A DNA stretch of 64,000 nucleotides from Reclinomonas americana ATCC 50394 (lineage: Eukaryota), in contig PS015009.1 of assembly GCA_048213135.1 (NCBI GenBank), positions 1,550,001 through 1,614,000 of the forward strand, written 5' to 3'. Below the pieces are notes generated by a model. The model did not search any database. It saw only the letters and a program-made list of their open reading frames with translations, and was not told the origin of the DNA. Every line of letters begins with the position of its first letter. The first letter of the stretch is position 1. The position numbers and the translations under genes were made by a program. Of this stretch, positions 10,456 to 21,453 are shown in pieces.

Positions 10456-11769
10456 TTATTTTTCTGCTGTCCTGATATCAATAAGATAGGACTTCAAAGG
10501 AAACCCTTCCCTGGAGCGGAATCTGTTGGTGAGCAGTACCTGGTACTGACGGCCCGGTTGCAGCTCCACTTCAAAGCTTACGGACATGGCATCGGCAGAA
10601 AAACCAATAAACCTTCTTACCCGCAGTACATTGTTCTCTCCTAAAGGGCCATAATCAAATCCACGGTTCAGCGTATCCATCGGTTCTGAAAAGCGAACGG
10701 TTATTTTTCCGGTATGGGCATTCACGGCCTGGTTGCCATTGCTGAATTCATCTATACCGGTAACAACAGGGCAGCGGCTTTCGAAGTGATCATACAATGT
10801 ATTCAGCGGGGCTGAGAAGAAACCGGTGCTATCGACAAATTGTTCCACCATTTTTTCGTTGGTATAATCCAGTTCGATCATTTCTTTCACCGCCTGTTTT
10901 TTATCTTCCGATTTGCCGAGGTACCGTTCGCATAAAGTGTAACCTACATAATAGCCCAGGTCCCTCATGCCGAATTCATTTTCCTGGTCACTCCACAACC
11001 ACAACCCGCGCCTGTTCACGTTAAACATGTCCTGTTCAAATTTTTTCCTTACCCGTTCCTCATTTTTCTTTCCCCAATGTACGGCAGGCACTGCCGATGG
11101 TTTGCCGGTTACATAGCAGGAAAGGAATTCCGCTACGCCTTCGTAAATACATTGCGACAGCAGGTTATCGACGATGGGATGCTGGTTGGTATGGATGTAT
11201 TCGTGTACATTCAGCAGTACAATATCGTTGATGGGGTTGCCGCTGAAGAATTGTTTGCGGGCTCCCGCCATGCGGCCGGGAAACTCACTGGCAACGGTAT
11301 GTTCATCGGCAAAAGCCAGTTCCGTTCCTATCAGTACCATGCCATTGGAAGCTGTTCCGTTAGTGCCCAGCGCGCCGATAGTAAAATAGGAAGTGGCAGG
11401 CTGCAGAGCGGGGTAGAGTTTTTTCAGCTTGACAATCTCTGCCTGTGCCATGGCCGCGGACTGTGCAGCCCTGGTTGTGTTTATTCTTACCGATTTCCAG
11501 AATAAGGGGTAGCGATTAATGGCATTGATATAAGACGCGGCGGTGAAATTTCGTACTTCCATGATGGCTTTCAACCCGGGTGTTCCTTTGTCCAGGTAAA
11601 GTGTTTTGAGGTACTGGTATTGAAGGGCGCTGTCTTTGGTAGCGGTGATCTTATCGAAAGCTTTCCAGAAATTATCAATATCCGAAGTGGTAAAAGCCTT
11701 TGTTTTCCCCTGGCCGAAAAGGGAGGACAGCCATAAGGAACAGGCAAGTGTAAGCGTGAGCAACTTCAT
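10456..11769 (-). CDS. Exported putative Zn-dependent protease (DUF2268-like) with C-terminal Ig-like domain
   Basis: Signal peptide at MKLLTL; HEYIH..EGVAEF zincin motif; DLGYYVGY. Confidence 0.75.
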   Translation of the reverse strand: MKLLTLTLACSLWLSSLFGQGKTKAFTTSDIDNFWKAFDKITATKDSALQYQYLKTLYLDKGTPGLKAIMEVRNFTAASYINAINRYPLFWKSVRINTTRAAQSAAMAQAEIVKLKKLYPALQPATSYFTIGALGTNGTASNGMVLIGTELAFADEHTVASEFPGRMAGARKQFFSGNPINDIVLLNVHEYIHTNQHPIVDNLLSQCIYEGVAEFLSCYVTGKPSAVPAVHWGKKNEERVRKKFEQDMFNVNRRGLWLWSDQENEFGMRDLGYYVGYTLCERYLGKSEDKKQAVKEMIELDYTNEKMVEQFVDSTGFFSAPLNTLYDHFESRCPVVTGIDEFSNGNQAVNAHTGKITVRFSEPMDTLNRGFDYGPLGENNVLRVRRFIGFSADAMSVSFEVELQPGRQYQVLLTNRFRSREGFPLKSYLIDIRTAEK

Positions 11770-11893
11770 GCGGTTGTTTTTAGTATAAGCTGGTGATTGG
11801 CGTAAAGTTAAGCATAACGACCAGGCATACCTGAAATTGCCCGGGGCTTTGACAAACCCCGGGAATTCCCATTTCTTTAACAACCCCAAAGGA

Positions 11894-12220
11894 TCACTCG
11901 TCGGTTACAGGAGCATCCGGCGCATTGTTTTTTACAGATTCGATACCATTGTCGCGGCCCGATTCCGACTCGTACATCTGGCTGTTGCCGATGATCTGTC
12001 CATTGGCCGCTTTCAGGTTGAAGTAAAACTTGTTGTTGCTTGACATTTTCTTTTCATACCTGCTGTCGTCCGGGGCGTTCTTTTTTACAGAATCAATGCC
12101 GTTTTCGCAGGAGGCCCTGGTGGTATACCCTTCGCTGGAAAGGATCACCTGGCCATTGTCGGCCTTAAGACTGAAGTAGTACTGGTCGTTGGACCCGGTT
12201 TTAATTACGAATTTTCCCAT
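11894..12220 (-). CDS. yegP: YegP/DUF1508 family protein
   Basis: Two copies of YF.LKA.NGQ.I..S..Y......NGI.SVK.NAP. Confidence 0.92.
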   Translation of the reverse strand: MGKFVIKTGSNDQYYFSLKADNGQVILSSEGYTTRASCENGIDSVKKNAPDDSRYEKKMSSNNKFYFNLKAANGQIIGNSQMYESESGRDNGIESVKNNAPDAPVTDE

Positions 12221-12662
12221 GTATAATAAATTTTTGATGGGACATAAGATAATAGAATTTCACAGGATAATATATATAAGGGTACCGGCTTAACAAAAAG
12301 ATCAACATCTTTTTAAGAGGGTAGTATAATTACTATAGCGGGCTTCCGCTTTTTTCTATGCAGAAAAGCCGGTAACTGCTATGAAACCGGGCGGCTTTTT
12401 TTTACTTCTTGCAATGCCAGAGAATTAAATCGCTCCTGCATAAGGAGGTTGTTTGAGGAGCCTTTTACGGGCCTCCTGTTATGTCTAAAAAAGGGCCTGC
12501 GTCTGCAGGCCCTGTACTTTCTCCTTTGCTGAATTTCCCGGTTGCAACAGGAAGGAGTACCCAAAACAATTATCTGATCTCTATAGCGCAACCTCCGCCC
12601 GGCGTCAGCTGTACACGGAGTACCGACTCGTTGCTTACTACAGCCTGCTAAATGGCATGGGC

Positions 12663-13850
12663 TTAGGAATTCACATTGAAAAAGTAGCCGATGTATTCTT
12701 CCTTGAAGCGGTTGACTTCCGATAGCCGGTAATTGATCTCCTGGTTACGAAGATGAGCGGCGATAATAATTTTTTTCGCAATCTTCAGTTTTTGTACCTG
12801 GCGGTATACAATAATAATGAGAACGATCACACCCAGCAGCAGGAGCGCAACGATAATGGCGTAGGTGATCAGTGTTTGTTTTTGTTTCTCTACCAGTCCC
12901 AGTTTTTCGCTTTCAATCAATGGCAAAATATCGCTTACACTCACCTTTCTTTGCCGGGCGCCATAAAAAGTAGCGTCGGCAATGGCAAGCTGTATGCAGG
13001 AAGACGCATTTTTTACATCTCCTTTTTTATACAACAGGTTGGCGAGTTTAAAAGCAGCCGAGGTTTCTTTGGTAGAAGAACGGATATCGGCAATGGCAGC
13101 CTGCACCAGCAGGGCGATGGCTTTATCATTATCCTGGTTCTGTATATAAATATCGCTGAGGGTTGACGCGGTGAGAGCAATCTGGTGGTTGCTGAGGCCG
13201 GGCCGCGACATGAGGGTGGTATAATTGGTGAGTGCTTTTTCCTTATTGCCCGAACGGATGTCTTTCAGACCGGTGAAATAAGCGTAATTAAAAGACTGCG
13301 GATCGAGCAGTTGCAGGGCAGAGTCGAGGTACTGGTTGCCCGACTTCGCATATACCGGTGAATGGTAACTGTCGTTATTGAAATCGGCCAGGTCGTAATA
13401 GAAGCGGACCATCAGCAGGTAATATTCCGTTTTCAAGCTGTCGGGCATGTGGCTGATGCTGGTTTGCGCCAGCGACTCGGAAGCTTCCTTGAACAATCCT
13501 GCCGATAATAAAGAACCATCCAGTTTCAGCCGTGCCTGTTGTACCCTGTTGGGGTCGTTAAGCAACGAGGCTGCCGACTGCAATTCGCGTGCATATACGT
13601 AGGCCGAGTCGTACTTGAACGCTTTATATTCCTCAAATAACTGCAGGCAGGTATTGAAGTGATCCTGTGTGCCCGACGTATGGGAAAGCAATCTTTTGAT
13701 GTCGTCGATACGTTGCTGTTTCTGCATATCGTATTGATCTGCCTGCCCCCTTACCTTTTCCAGATCGGGTAAAAGTGAAGTATTGCCCGTTTGGCAAAAG
13801 ACGGAATTGAAAGCAAGTAATAAGAACAGGGTGTAACAGGAACGGAGCAT
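12663..13850 (-). pseudogene. C-terminally truncated SusR/DUF6377-like membrane-spanning sensor-regulator
   Basis: Signal peptide, TPR-like periplasmic part and TM helix, then a stop directly after KEEYIGYFFNVNS; no continuation seen downstream. Confidence 0.65.
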
Positions 13851-14149
13851 AAAAGTTTTGGCTAAGGCAGGGGCAAAATACTTAACAATTGACAATTGGC
13901 AGCGTGTAATTTATACTTACAGCTTGTCATGCCCGTATCACAATAAAAATCTTCTTAGTTCTGTAATCCGGGTGTCTCAGTTTGGAAACAGATAAGCCCT
14001 CCCACCAAGCCGCTAAGGCCGCAAAGAGTTGCCAGGTCGAATATATACTTAGCTTTCTTCGTGTTTTTTCGGGAAATATATTCCAATTGAGCCACTGTCC
14101 TGTAATTCATTTTTTGTATTTTCATACTTCACACTTCAAACCTTACACT

Positions 14150-14656
14150 ATGTTATCGAAACCCATACAGGAAGCATTGAACAACCAGGTGCAGATGGAA
14201 GCTGAGTCTTCACAGGCCTATCTCGCCATGGCGTCGTGGTGCGAGATCCAGCCCGGGCTGGAAGGCGTTACCGAGTTTTTTTACAAACAGTCTGATGAAG
14301 AGCGGATACATATGCTGAAGCTGATTCGTTTCATTAATGAAAGAGGAGGATTTGCCGCCGTGCCCGCCCTGCCACAACCCATGGTGACGTTTACTTCACT
14401 GAAGAAATTGTTTGAAGAATACCTGAAACATGAACTGAAAGTAAGCGACAGCATCAATGATATGGTGCATCTTTCACTCACCGAAAAAGATTATGCCACG
14501 CACAACTTCCTGCAGTGGTATGTAAACGAACAAATAGAAGAGGAACGAGTAGCCCGCACACTGAACGATAAACTGGAGCTCATTGGCGACGACAGGAGTG
14601 GCTTATACCTGTTTGACAGGGATATTATGAATTACCGCGGACCACAGAAGAAATAA
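14150..14656 (+). CDS. ftnA: Non-heme ferritin
   Basis: ALNNQVQME..SSQAYLAMASW, EERIHM, FLQWYVNEQIEEE ferroxidase residues; start taken at MLSKP. Confidence 0.95.
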   Translation: MLSKPIQEALNNQVQMEAESSQAYLAMASWCEIQPGLEGVTEFFYKQSDEERIHMLKLIRFINERGGFAAVPALPQPMVTFTSLKKLFEEYLKHELKVSDSINDMVHLSLTEKDYATHNFLQWYVNEQIEEERVARTLNDKLELIGDDRSGLYLFDRDIMNYRGPQKK

Positions 14657-14669
14657 TACAGCCCTGCTG

Positions 14670-14713
14670 TTAAATAAAAAACTACCGTTTATCGCGGTAG
14701 TTTTTTTATTTAA
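14670..14713. terminator. Bidirectional terminator
   Basis: TAAATAAAAAACTACCG...CGGTAGTTTTTTTATTTA between convergent genes. Confidence 0.85.
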
Positions 14714-14733
14714 GGATAGTATCGATCACTCCT

Positions 14734-15297
14734 CTATTGCGGACAAACGCAGTAATCAAATTTCATTCCCCAGTTGCCGCCGGTCAGGTTGATGCGGACA
14801 CCATTGCCCCAGCCGGTTTGCTGATCTACTACATTGCCCGAAGCGTCCAGCTTTTTAACGACAGAATGAGCAGCAATACAACCACAGGTGGCACCATTAA
14901 ATGTGGATTTGGGTACCTGGTAAGTATAACTGGTAATGTTGTTGTGCGTCGTTTTGTAAGGGAACTGTCCCGGCAATGGGTTGCCCGGGTTGTTTACGGG
15001 AATCTGATCGCAGGGGCCAACATACAGGTGTGTTTGGGTTAATACATAATCATTGGCCGTTTCGTAGGTCACATAAATAAAATCCGCATCGCTGCTTACG
15101 ATCACCTGCCCGGCATTAATGGTTTGCCCGGCTACAAGTGTAACAGAGGTAGGGGGACAATTGGGGTCGTCGATCCTTCCCGAAAGGGTTCCCGGCGTTT
15201 CAGTTGAGGTGGACTGCGGTTCCTGCTGTGCTTTCTGGCAGGAAAAAATACCAAGGGAAACTGCTATAAGCAGCATGGGTAGAAATAATTTTCTCAT
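14734..15297 (-). CDS. Hypothetical Cys-containing lipoprotein
   Basis: Lipobox FSC; LVAGQ..AG..GQFPY..IAAH..NWG pattern. Confidence 0.8.
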   Translation of the reverse strand: MRKLFLPMLLIAVSLGIFSCQKAQQEPQSTSTETPGTLSGRIDDPNCPPTSVTLVAGQTINAGQVIVSSDADFIYVTYETANDYVLTQTHLYVGPCDQIPVNNPGNPLPGQFPYKTTHNNITSYTYQVPKSTFNGATCGCIAAHSVVKKLDASGNVVDQQTGWGNGVRINLTGGNWGMKFDYCVCPQ

Positions 15298-15726
15298 TTG
15301 AGGTAGGTTTTGGTTTCAGATGTAGCCGTTATCGTAAAACAGGTTTGCTTTGATGATAACAACCATTGCTAAGGGTCAACGACAGGTTTGTCAGGATATT
15401 GTCTGAAAAGGCACGTTTAAAGAAAAGAGGTTATCCACATAAAGAAGACCAGGCACCGGGCCCGGTCTTACATGTCTGAACACTATAGTAGAAAGCATAA
15501 GTAATACTACTTTTCACTCCTGGTATTCATTACTTAGTGCTTCCCAACCATTAAGCAAACATTATTTTTCTCCTGCTAACTTCGCTCATCAGCAATATTA
15601 CCGCCTCATTTACAGTTTACTGAACAGGGACCCTAAACCCCGGATCGCAGCTCCCACTTTCAGGTTATTGCGGGGCTTACACATTCTTTCTATTTTACCG
15701 TATTCCTAATCTTTAAACCTCTACGT

Positions 15727-17058
15727 ATGAAAACAAAAGTTCTCCTACCCGTCCTCGCTATGCTTATTCTTGCCAGTTGCCGCAAAGACCCCGATCTTTT
15801 AACCGTGCAACCGCCCATCAACAGCTACTCGCCCATGCCTCAGCCCCCGGGTCAAAGTCTTACCGGCACCAACGAAGATTTTGAATCCGGCACTAAAGGC
15901 GCTTATGCGGCCGCCAATGTTACGCTGGGCACCGGTTCCTGGTATTTTGATGATGCACTGATCGGCTCGCTGGCCTCCGACCGTAAAGTGGGTACCAAGT
16001 CGGCCCGCATCACTGGCACCGGCAGCATCTCCATGAATTTCGACATGACCACCATCGCCACCATCACCGTGCAGCACGCTGTATTCGGGTCCGACGGCAG
16101 CAGTACCTGGCAGTTGCTTGCATCCGACAACAGCGGCGCAACTTACGTTCCTGTTGGCGATACCATCACGTCCTCATCAACCACCCTTCAGGCGGTAACG
16201 TTTACCCTGAATGTTTCCGGTAATCTTCGCATCAAGATCAAAAAACTCAGCGGGGGTACCAACCGCATCAACATCGATGAGGTTTTCTTTGAGACATTAT
16301 TTACGCTGGGCGATAACGATCATATGCTGATCGGTAATCCCAGTAAAGCTGCGGGTACTACCGACAGTTTCAACAATTACCTGATGGACAAAGGATTTTT
16401 TAAACTGTCGTACAGCAAAGACAGGGCTACACCCAACTGGGTAAGCTGGCACCTGTACCAGACAGACCTGGACACGACCGACAGGCTCAATAATTTCCGG
16501 CAGGATTCTTCCCTGCCCGCGGGTTGGTACCGCGCCGGTTCCACCAGTTATTCCGGCAGTGGTTTCGACAGGGGCCACAATTGTCCGTCGGCCGACCGTA
16601 CGCTGTCGTATGCCTCCAACTCGTCCACTTTCCTTATGACGAATATGATACCGCAGGCACCGTATCACAACCAGCAAACCTGGGGCAACCTGGAAGATTA
16701 TATCCGGGCGCAGGTTAATACCGGCAAAGAAGCCTATATCATTATGGGGTCTTACGGGGTTGGCGGAACGGGGGCTAACGGTTACGCCACCACGATAAAC
16801 AGCGGCAAGATCACCGTGCCGGCTTCCATCTGGAAAGTGGTGATACTGATGTCCAATGGCAGCAATGACCTTAGTCGTATCGACACGGCCACCCGCATCA
16901 TAGCGGTGAATGTGCCCAACAACAACAGTGTCAGCAGTAACTGGAAAAATTATCGCACCAGCATCAGTACTATTGAAACTGCAACGGGGTATGACATACT
17001 CCGGAATGTATCGGTGCTGATCAAAAACTACCTGAAGGCTAAAGTGGATAATCTGTAA
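15727..17058 (+). CDS. Lipoprotein DNA/RNA non-specific endonuclease (Serratia/NucA type) with N-terminal beta domain
   Basis: Lipobox LASC; FDRGHNCPSADR, TFLMTNMIPQ, NQQTW..LE motifs. Confidence 0.93.
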   Translation: MKTKVLLPVLAMLILASCRKDPDLLTVQPPINSYSPMPQPPGQSLTGTNEDFESGTKGAYAAANVTLGTGSWYFDDALIGSLASDRKVGTKSARITGTGSISMNFDMTTIATITVQHAVFGSDGSSTWQLLASDNSGATYVPVGDTITSSSTTLQAVTFTLNVSGNLRIKIKKLSGGTNRINIDEVFFETLFTLGDNDHMLIGNPSKAAGTTDSFNNYLMDKGFFKLSYSKDRATPNWVSWHLYQTDLDTTDRLNNFRQDSSLPAGWYRAGSTSYSGSGFDRGHNCPSADRTLSYASNSSTFLMTNMIPQAPYHNQQTWGNLEDYIRAQVNTGKEAYIIMGSYGVGGTGANGYATTINSGKITVPASIWKVVILMSNGSNDLSRIDTATRIIAVNVPNNNSVSSNWKNYRTSISTIETATGYDILRNVSVLIKNYLKAKVDNL

Positions 17059-17071
17059 GAATGATCGTTAT

Positions 17072-17123
17072 TAATCAACGGGGAGAAGATCGGGATTGAT
17101 TTTCTCACCGTTGATTATTTTTT
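17072..17123. terminator. Hairpin/terminator between convergent genes
   Basis: AATCAACGG...CCGTTGATT stem followed by a T run. Confidence 0.6.
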
Positions 17124-17130
17124 AAGAGGA

Positions 17131-17994
17131 TCACCAATAAGTGTCCTGTATGATTTTCCAAAGACCGTCTTCATGGATAAAGATCAGGGTAAAATCTACT
17201 TTGTGCTGCTTGCCGTCTTTCGTTGTAATAACGGATGTTCCTCTTTGCCATACTATGTTCCCGATCATTTCAGCTTTTTCATTGCTTAGTTTCCAGGTGC
17301 CGCCCATGCTCACTATACTTTTCCAGTACTCCAGCATTTTGTCACGGCCGCTGACCTCAACATTTTTGCCCACCACCTTCGCGTACACAGAATAGTGATC
17401 CGCTATTTTACGGTAATCGCCTTTGTTATAGCCGTTTTCCATACTTCGCAGGATGGAGTCGATGGAAGCGGTAATATTGCTGGTTTTACGGCGGTACTCC
17501 AGGTCAAAACTGGTGGTCCAGGTTTTACCATTATCCCGGCTGGTTTCGCCATGCTGTCTTACCTTATCCGGGCCAAGATCATAAAAGGTCATTTTCTGGA
17601 TTTGCCACAACGTATCATTGACCTTGTTATTATCCGTTTGAAAGATCATCTTCCCGGGTTCGTAGTGCCCGTTGAAGTACTGCGTAATGGCCCCCGTATT
17701 ATCAACAAAGTATTGCTGCCATTTTTTTGTCGCCGCGTTGTACATATTGTAACTCTTGCCAGCAAAGCGGAGACCTCGTTGTACTCCCGTGCTCGTCCAT
17801 TCTTCAAGTATCGTACAGCTGTCGAGCTGCAGACTTATTTTGCTGTCGCCGCTTTTTCTACCCTGCGGATTGTAGGCATCCCATTCGCCCAGCCAGAAAT
17901 CGAACTGGCGGTATTCTGGCGTACTGCAGGGGCGTTGTGAAAAACTGTTCAGCAGTGGCAGCAGGGCGATGAGTAACAGGTTGTACTTTTTCAT
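17131..17994 (-). CDS. Exported protein with C-terminal NTF2/DUF4440-like domain
   Basis: Signal peptide at MKKYNLL; QFDFWLGEW motif; C-terminal WKIIQD. Confidence 0.75.
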   Translation of the reverse strand: MKKYNLLLIALLPLLNSFSQRPCSTPEYRQFDFWLGEWDAYNPQGRKSGDSKISLQLDSCTILEEWTSTGVQRGLRFAGKSYNMYNAATKKWQQYFVDNTGAITQYFNGHYEPGKMIFQTDNNKVNDTLWQIQKMTFYDLGPDKVRQHGETSRDNGKTWTTSFDLEYRRKTSNITASIDSILRSMENGYNKGDYRKIADHYSVYAKVVGKNVEVSGRDKMLEYWKSIVSMGGTWKLSNEKAEMIGNIVWQRGTSVITTKDGKQHKVDFTLIFIHEDGLWKIIQDTYW

Positions 17995-18088
17995 GAGCAG
18001 GCGTTTGCAGTATGACAAACAAGATACAGGTAAAGCTGTTTTGTTCATCCGCTTATTTTTCCGCCTGTACGATTTGCGGGCCTGCTAT

Positions 18089-18526
18089 TTATTCAGGTTG
18101 CAGCCTTGTGCTGATGGCGATCCTGTTCCATGCATTAATGGTAACAATGGCCATGATGATTTGTGCCAGTGCTTTTTCGCCAAACAACTGGGCGGCTTTG
18201 TTGTAAGTTTCATCGGATACACCCTGCGAAATAAGTGTCACTTCTTCTGTAAGTGCCAGTACTGTTCTTTCTTCTTCGGAATAAATACCGTCCACTTCTT
18301 TCCAGGCACTGAGCATGTAAATACGTTGTTCCGTTTCGCCCAGTTTGCGGGCATCACGGGTGTGCATATTCAGGCAATAGGCGCAGCCGTTGATCTGCGA
18401 GGCCCTTATCTTGATGAGCTCTTTAAGCTGTTTACCGAGACCTGTCTGAGAAAGGAATTTTTCCAGTCCCAGCATAGCTTTGTAGGCTTCAGGTTCGGTT
18501 ACGGCGATGTTGATTCTCTTTTCCAT
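18089..18526 (-). CDS. Carboxymuconolactone decarboxylase/AhpD family protein
   Basis: ELIKIRASQINGCAYCLNMH motif. Confidence 0.93.
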   Translation of the reverse strand: MEKRINIAVTEPEAYKAMLGLEKFLSQTGLGKQLKELIKIRASQINGCAYCLNMHTRDARKLGETEQRIYMLSAWKEVDGIYSEEERTVLALTEEVTLISQGVSDETYNKAAQLFGEKALAQIIMAIVTINAWNRIAISTRLQPE

Positions 18527-18604
18527 AATTGATGTTTTTTGATGGGTCAAAATTCAGGCACAGCCGGGATAAAATGCTTAAGCTGGTTTAAGAAATGAGA
18601 GCGG

Positions 18605-19174
18605 CTACAATTTCTTTTTCCTGATCTCGCTCAGGTATTCGGGAGTAAGCCCCAGGTAAGAGGCCAGCATATATTGCGGAACACGTTGCACAAATTCGGG
18701 GAAAGCGTTGTTGAAGAAGCGGTATATTTCTTCGCGTGAAAGTTCGGCCTGGTGTTTCATGCGTACCTGTGCGGCCGCGGTGGAGCGCTGGAACATGATG
18801 CGGAAATAGCGTTCCATCTGTGGTATCTTTTGAAGTAATACATCGTACTGATCATAATCAATGGCGATCAGCTCGCTGTTCTCAATGGCCTGTATATGGA
18901 AGGCAGCCGCTTCCTGACGCTCATAACTGAAATAGTCGCAAAGCCACCAGTTCTCTTTGGCAAACTGAACGATCTGCTCATTGCCTTTACCGCCAATGAA
19001 ATACATACGCAGCAATCCCTGGCTTACAAAGTAAAGCGACCGGCAGATGTCGCCTTCCTTCAGCAACTGCGTTTTCTTTTTTACGGTGATGGAACGGGTG
19101 CAGCCGAGCAGCTCTATTTCTTCTTCACTGCTGAGCGGTACAAACTTCCTGATATGACTGGTGAAAGGATGCAT
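18605..19174 (-). CDS. Crp/Fnr family transcriptional regulator
   Basis: cNMP-binding fold; QRVPQYMLASYLGLTPEYLSEIRKK HTH. Confidence 0.93.
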   Translation of the reverse strand: MHPFTSHIRKFVPLSSEEEIELLGCTRSITVKKKTQLLKEGDICRSLYFVSQGLLRMYFIGGKGNEQIVQFAKENWWLCDYFSYERQEAAAFHIQAIENSELIAIDYDQYDVLLQKIPQMERYFRIMFQRSTAAAQVRMKHQAELSREEIYRFFNNAFPEFVQRVPQYMLASYLGLTPEYLSEIRKKKL

Positions 19175-19178
19175 AGCC

Positions 19179-19706
19179 TTACGAGATCTTGGCTAATGCC
19201 TGTTGCAGGTGATCATAATATTCATCCTCAAAACAAACAAAGATTATCTTCTCCGGCAGCTCCTGTTTCTGGAGGCATTCCAAAACAGTAGTAACGGCTA
19301 CTTGTGCAGCCGCATCTTTTGGGAAACGATAAATACCTGTACTGATACCGGGGAAGGCGATCGTACGGCAACCATTAGCGCTGGCGAGTGTGAGTGAATT
19401 GCGGTAACAGGCGGCCAGTTTTGCGCTCTCGTTTTTATTACCTCCATTCCAAACAGGACCTGCGGTGTGGATCACATAAGTGGCGGGCAGCTTCCCAGCG
19501 CTGGTGATCACGGCCTCACCTGTGGCACACCCGCCCTGCCGGGCAACGATCTTCCGGCAGTCTTCCAGTATTTGCGGCCCGCCTGCCCGGTGAATGGCGC
19601 CATCTACCCCACCACCGCCTAAAAGAGACGTATTGGCTGCATTCACAATGGCGTCGGCCTTTATTTTTGTGATATCACCTTTTATGATATCGATCCTGTT
19701 TATCAT
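19179..19706 (-). CDS. ymdB: Macro-domain O-acetyl-ADP-ribose deacetylase
   Basis: GDIT, IVNAAN, GGGVDGAIH, FPGISTGIY. Confidence 0.93.
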   Translation of the reverse strand: MINRIDIIKGDITKIKADAIVNAANTSLLGGGGVDGAIHRAGGPQILEDCRKIVARQGGCATGEAVITSAGKLPATYVIHTAGPVWNGGNKNESAKLAACYRNSLTLASANGCRTIAFPGISTGIYRFPKDAAAQVAVTTVLECLQKQELPEKIIFVCFEDEYYDHLQQALAKIS

Positions 19707-19766
19707 GATCCCGGTTGAGAGATCAAAAGTAGAAATTTAAAAATTGAAAACAACGGCAGTAGCCGG

Positions 19767-20732
19767 TTAAGGTTTAACCAGGGCAAACCTCGCCTGCCGG
19801 GTATCCAGTACCAGCCTGTAATTCAAAAACAAGGCATTGCCTGTCATACCGCCAATGCCCATGCTCATCATTCGTTGTACCTGCGTTTCCGATGTGCCTT
19901 CGATGAATGTTGCATGGCGGAGCGGGATGTCTTCCCCGCCGATGCGAATGCTGTCCTGTGTTGCAACCGTATTGGCAGTAAGTGTTTGGCCCCAGGAAGG
20001 CACCGGGAAGGAAACGATCTCTGCGCCGGGTTGTGCCATAGACAGGCAGGTCGCTTTATTCGTCAGCAGTTCAAATGCACTGGAACCGGTATCAAAATAA
20101 AGCATGGTCTTTTTTCCTTTTATAACGGCCGGTAATAGGGTACTCCTCCGGGCAAACATAAAGCTCTGCCATGCAGAAGATGGAATCGCCGGCGCGCTGC
20201 TGCCGGTAACGCGTATGCGCCTGCCGGGATAATCGATCACCAGTACTTTATCCTCGATAAGATCGGCGCCCAGGGTACCAATGATCTTTTGCTTTTTTTG
20301 CCAGTCAATGCCGCTGCTGTCGAATTGTTTTACAGTAATAGATGTTGCCGTAAGGGTTCGCCCGCCGATCGTGAAACGATAACCGTTGAGCTGGGTTGCG
20401 GTATCATTCGCCTGCCATACAGAAGGATATTTTTCGGCGATGCTTTTTAATTTATTTCGGTAAAAAAGAGAAATGGGTGACCCCAGGTCAAACTGCATAT
20501 AAAAGGTTTCGCGGCAACCCGGCAACTTAACCGGTATGAGCAATGCGGAGTGGGGATGGGGACGTCCATTGACCGTATCGGCATACCATTGAAACCGGAC
20601 ATCATAACCTCGTTTATCAGCAACCAGCCCGTTTGGAGGAAGGGTGGGCATCTGTGCTTTTACCAGTAATGAGCCTATAATAAAACTAAAGAGGATCGAT
20701 AAACGCTTCGGCGAAAACAGGAACATCTGCAT
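19767..20732 (-). CDS. Exported two-lobed retropepsin-like aspartyl protease
   Basis: FDLGS and FDTGS motifs; GTLG.D; signal peptide. Confidence 0.7.
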   Translation of the reverse strand: MQMFLFSPKRLSILFSFIIGSLLVKAQMPTLPPNGLVADKRGYDVRFQWYADTVNGRPHPHSALLIPVKLPGCRETFYMQFDLGSPISLFYRNKLKSIAEKYPSVWQANDTATQLNGYRFTIGGRTLTATSITVKQFDSSGIDWQKKQKIIGTLGADLIEDKVLVIDYPGRRIRVTGSSAPAIPSSAWQSFMFARRSTLLPAVIKGKKTMLYFDTGSSAFELLTNKATCLSMAQPGAEIVSFPVPSWGQTLTANTVATQDSIRIGGEDIPLRHATFIEGTSETQVQRMMSMGIGGMTGNALFLNYRLVLDTRQARFALVKP

Positions 20733-20822
20733 ATTTTTTTGACCACAAAGCTAAAAGGGAATCACAGCCATTGAGCCGTCTTTTGCCCGTCATTTACCCG
20801 ACAAAAATTGATAACCAATAAG

Positions 20823-21413
20823 TTAGGAATATATTGAGAAGCTAATACGATTGACCCTTCGCCAGGTTCTGTAGATGATAATGGCATTGGCGAAATACAT
20901 CATAAAAAAGATCACGAGGTAATGGATATAGTACCCTTTATTAAAATATACTTTTTGAATGATGTTGTAAGCGAGGGTGAGCAGGAACAATAAGTGCATT
21001 GTAACGGCCCAGAATACCTGGGTCCGGAAAATGGACCTGCCTTCTTCAAGAACGGCAGGATTTTTCTCTTTTCGTTTCCTGAGTATATAAAGCGGCACCA
21101 GGAAATGTACAAACGGGATGACCAGGTAACAAAAGCAGGAAAGGCTGAGCATGGACAGAAAATGCCGTTCTTCATTACTGTCTGTGTTTGCTGGTATGGT
21201 TGCGGCAGTTGCAGGCTCTTCCGTTTCCGCGAATGCTTCAAAAGGGATATCCAGTGCAGCGGCGATCGCTTTTAATGTGAAGGGCCTGGGTAGGGTTTCC
21301 CCGGCTTCTATGCGCTGGATGGTACGTACGGTGATACCTGCTTTACCGGCCAGGTCTTCCTGAGTCAGGCCTTTTTTCTTTCTTTCAGCCGTTATCTTTT
21401 GCGACATGCTCAT
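20823..21413 (-). CDS. XRE-family HTH fused to DUF4870-like membrane domain
   Basis: GLTQEDLA...TIQRIEAG HTH followed by 3 TM helices. Confidence 0.88.
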   Translation of the reverse strand: MSMSQKITAERKKKGLTQEDLAGKAGITVRTIQRIEAGETLPRPFTLKAIAAALDIPFEAFAETEEPATAATIPANTDSNEERHFLSMLSLSCFCYLVIPFVHFLVPLYILRKRKEKNPAVLEEGRSIFRTQVFWAVTMHLLFLLTLAYNIIQKVYFNKGYYIHYLVIFFMMYFANAIIIYRTWRRVNRISFSIYS

Positions 21414-21453
21414 GCCCGGCGAAGGTAAAAATTAGTCGTAAGTATCGGGGCTG

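Noticed and set aside
13982-14149. N-terminal extensions in the ORF track (ferritin; also 11770-11889, 51290-51406, 60856-60900)
   Set aside because: They run through promoter or repeat DNA; the downstream ATGs match family starts or signal peptides
18089-19706. Macro-domain gene as part of an ADP-ribosylation defence or toxin system
   Set aside because: Ordinary stand-alone YmdB type, with no ADP-ribosyltransferase or sirtuin partner nearby
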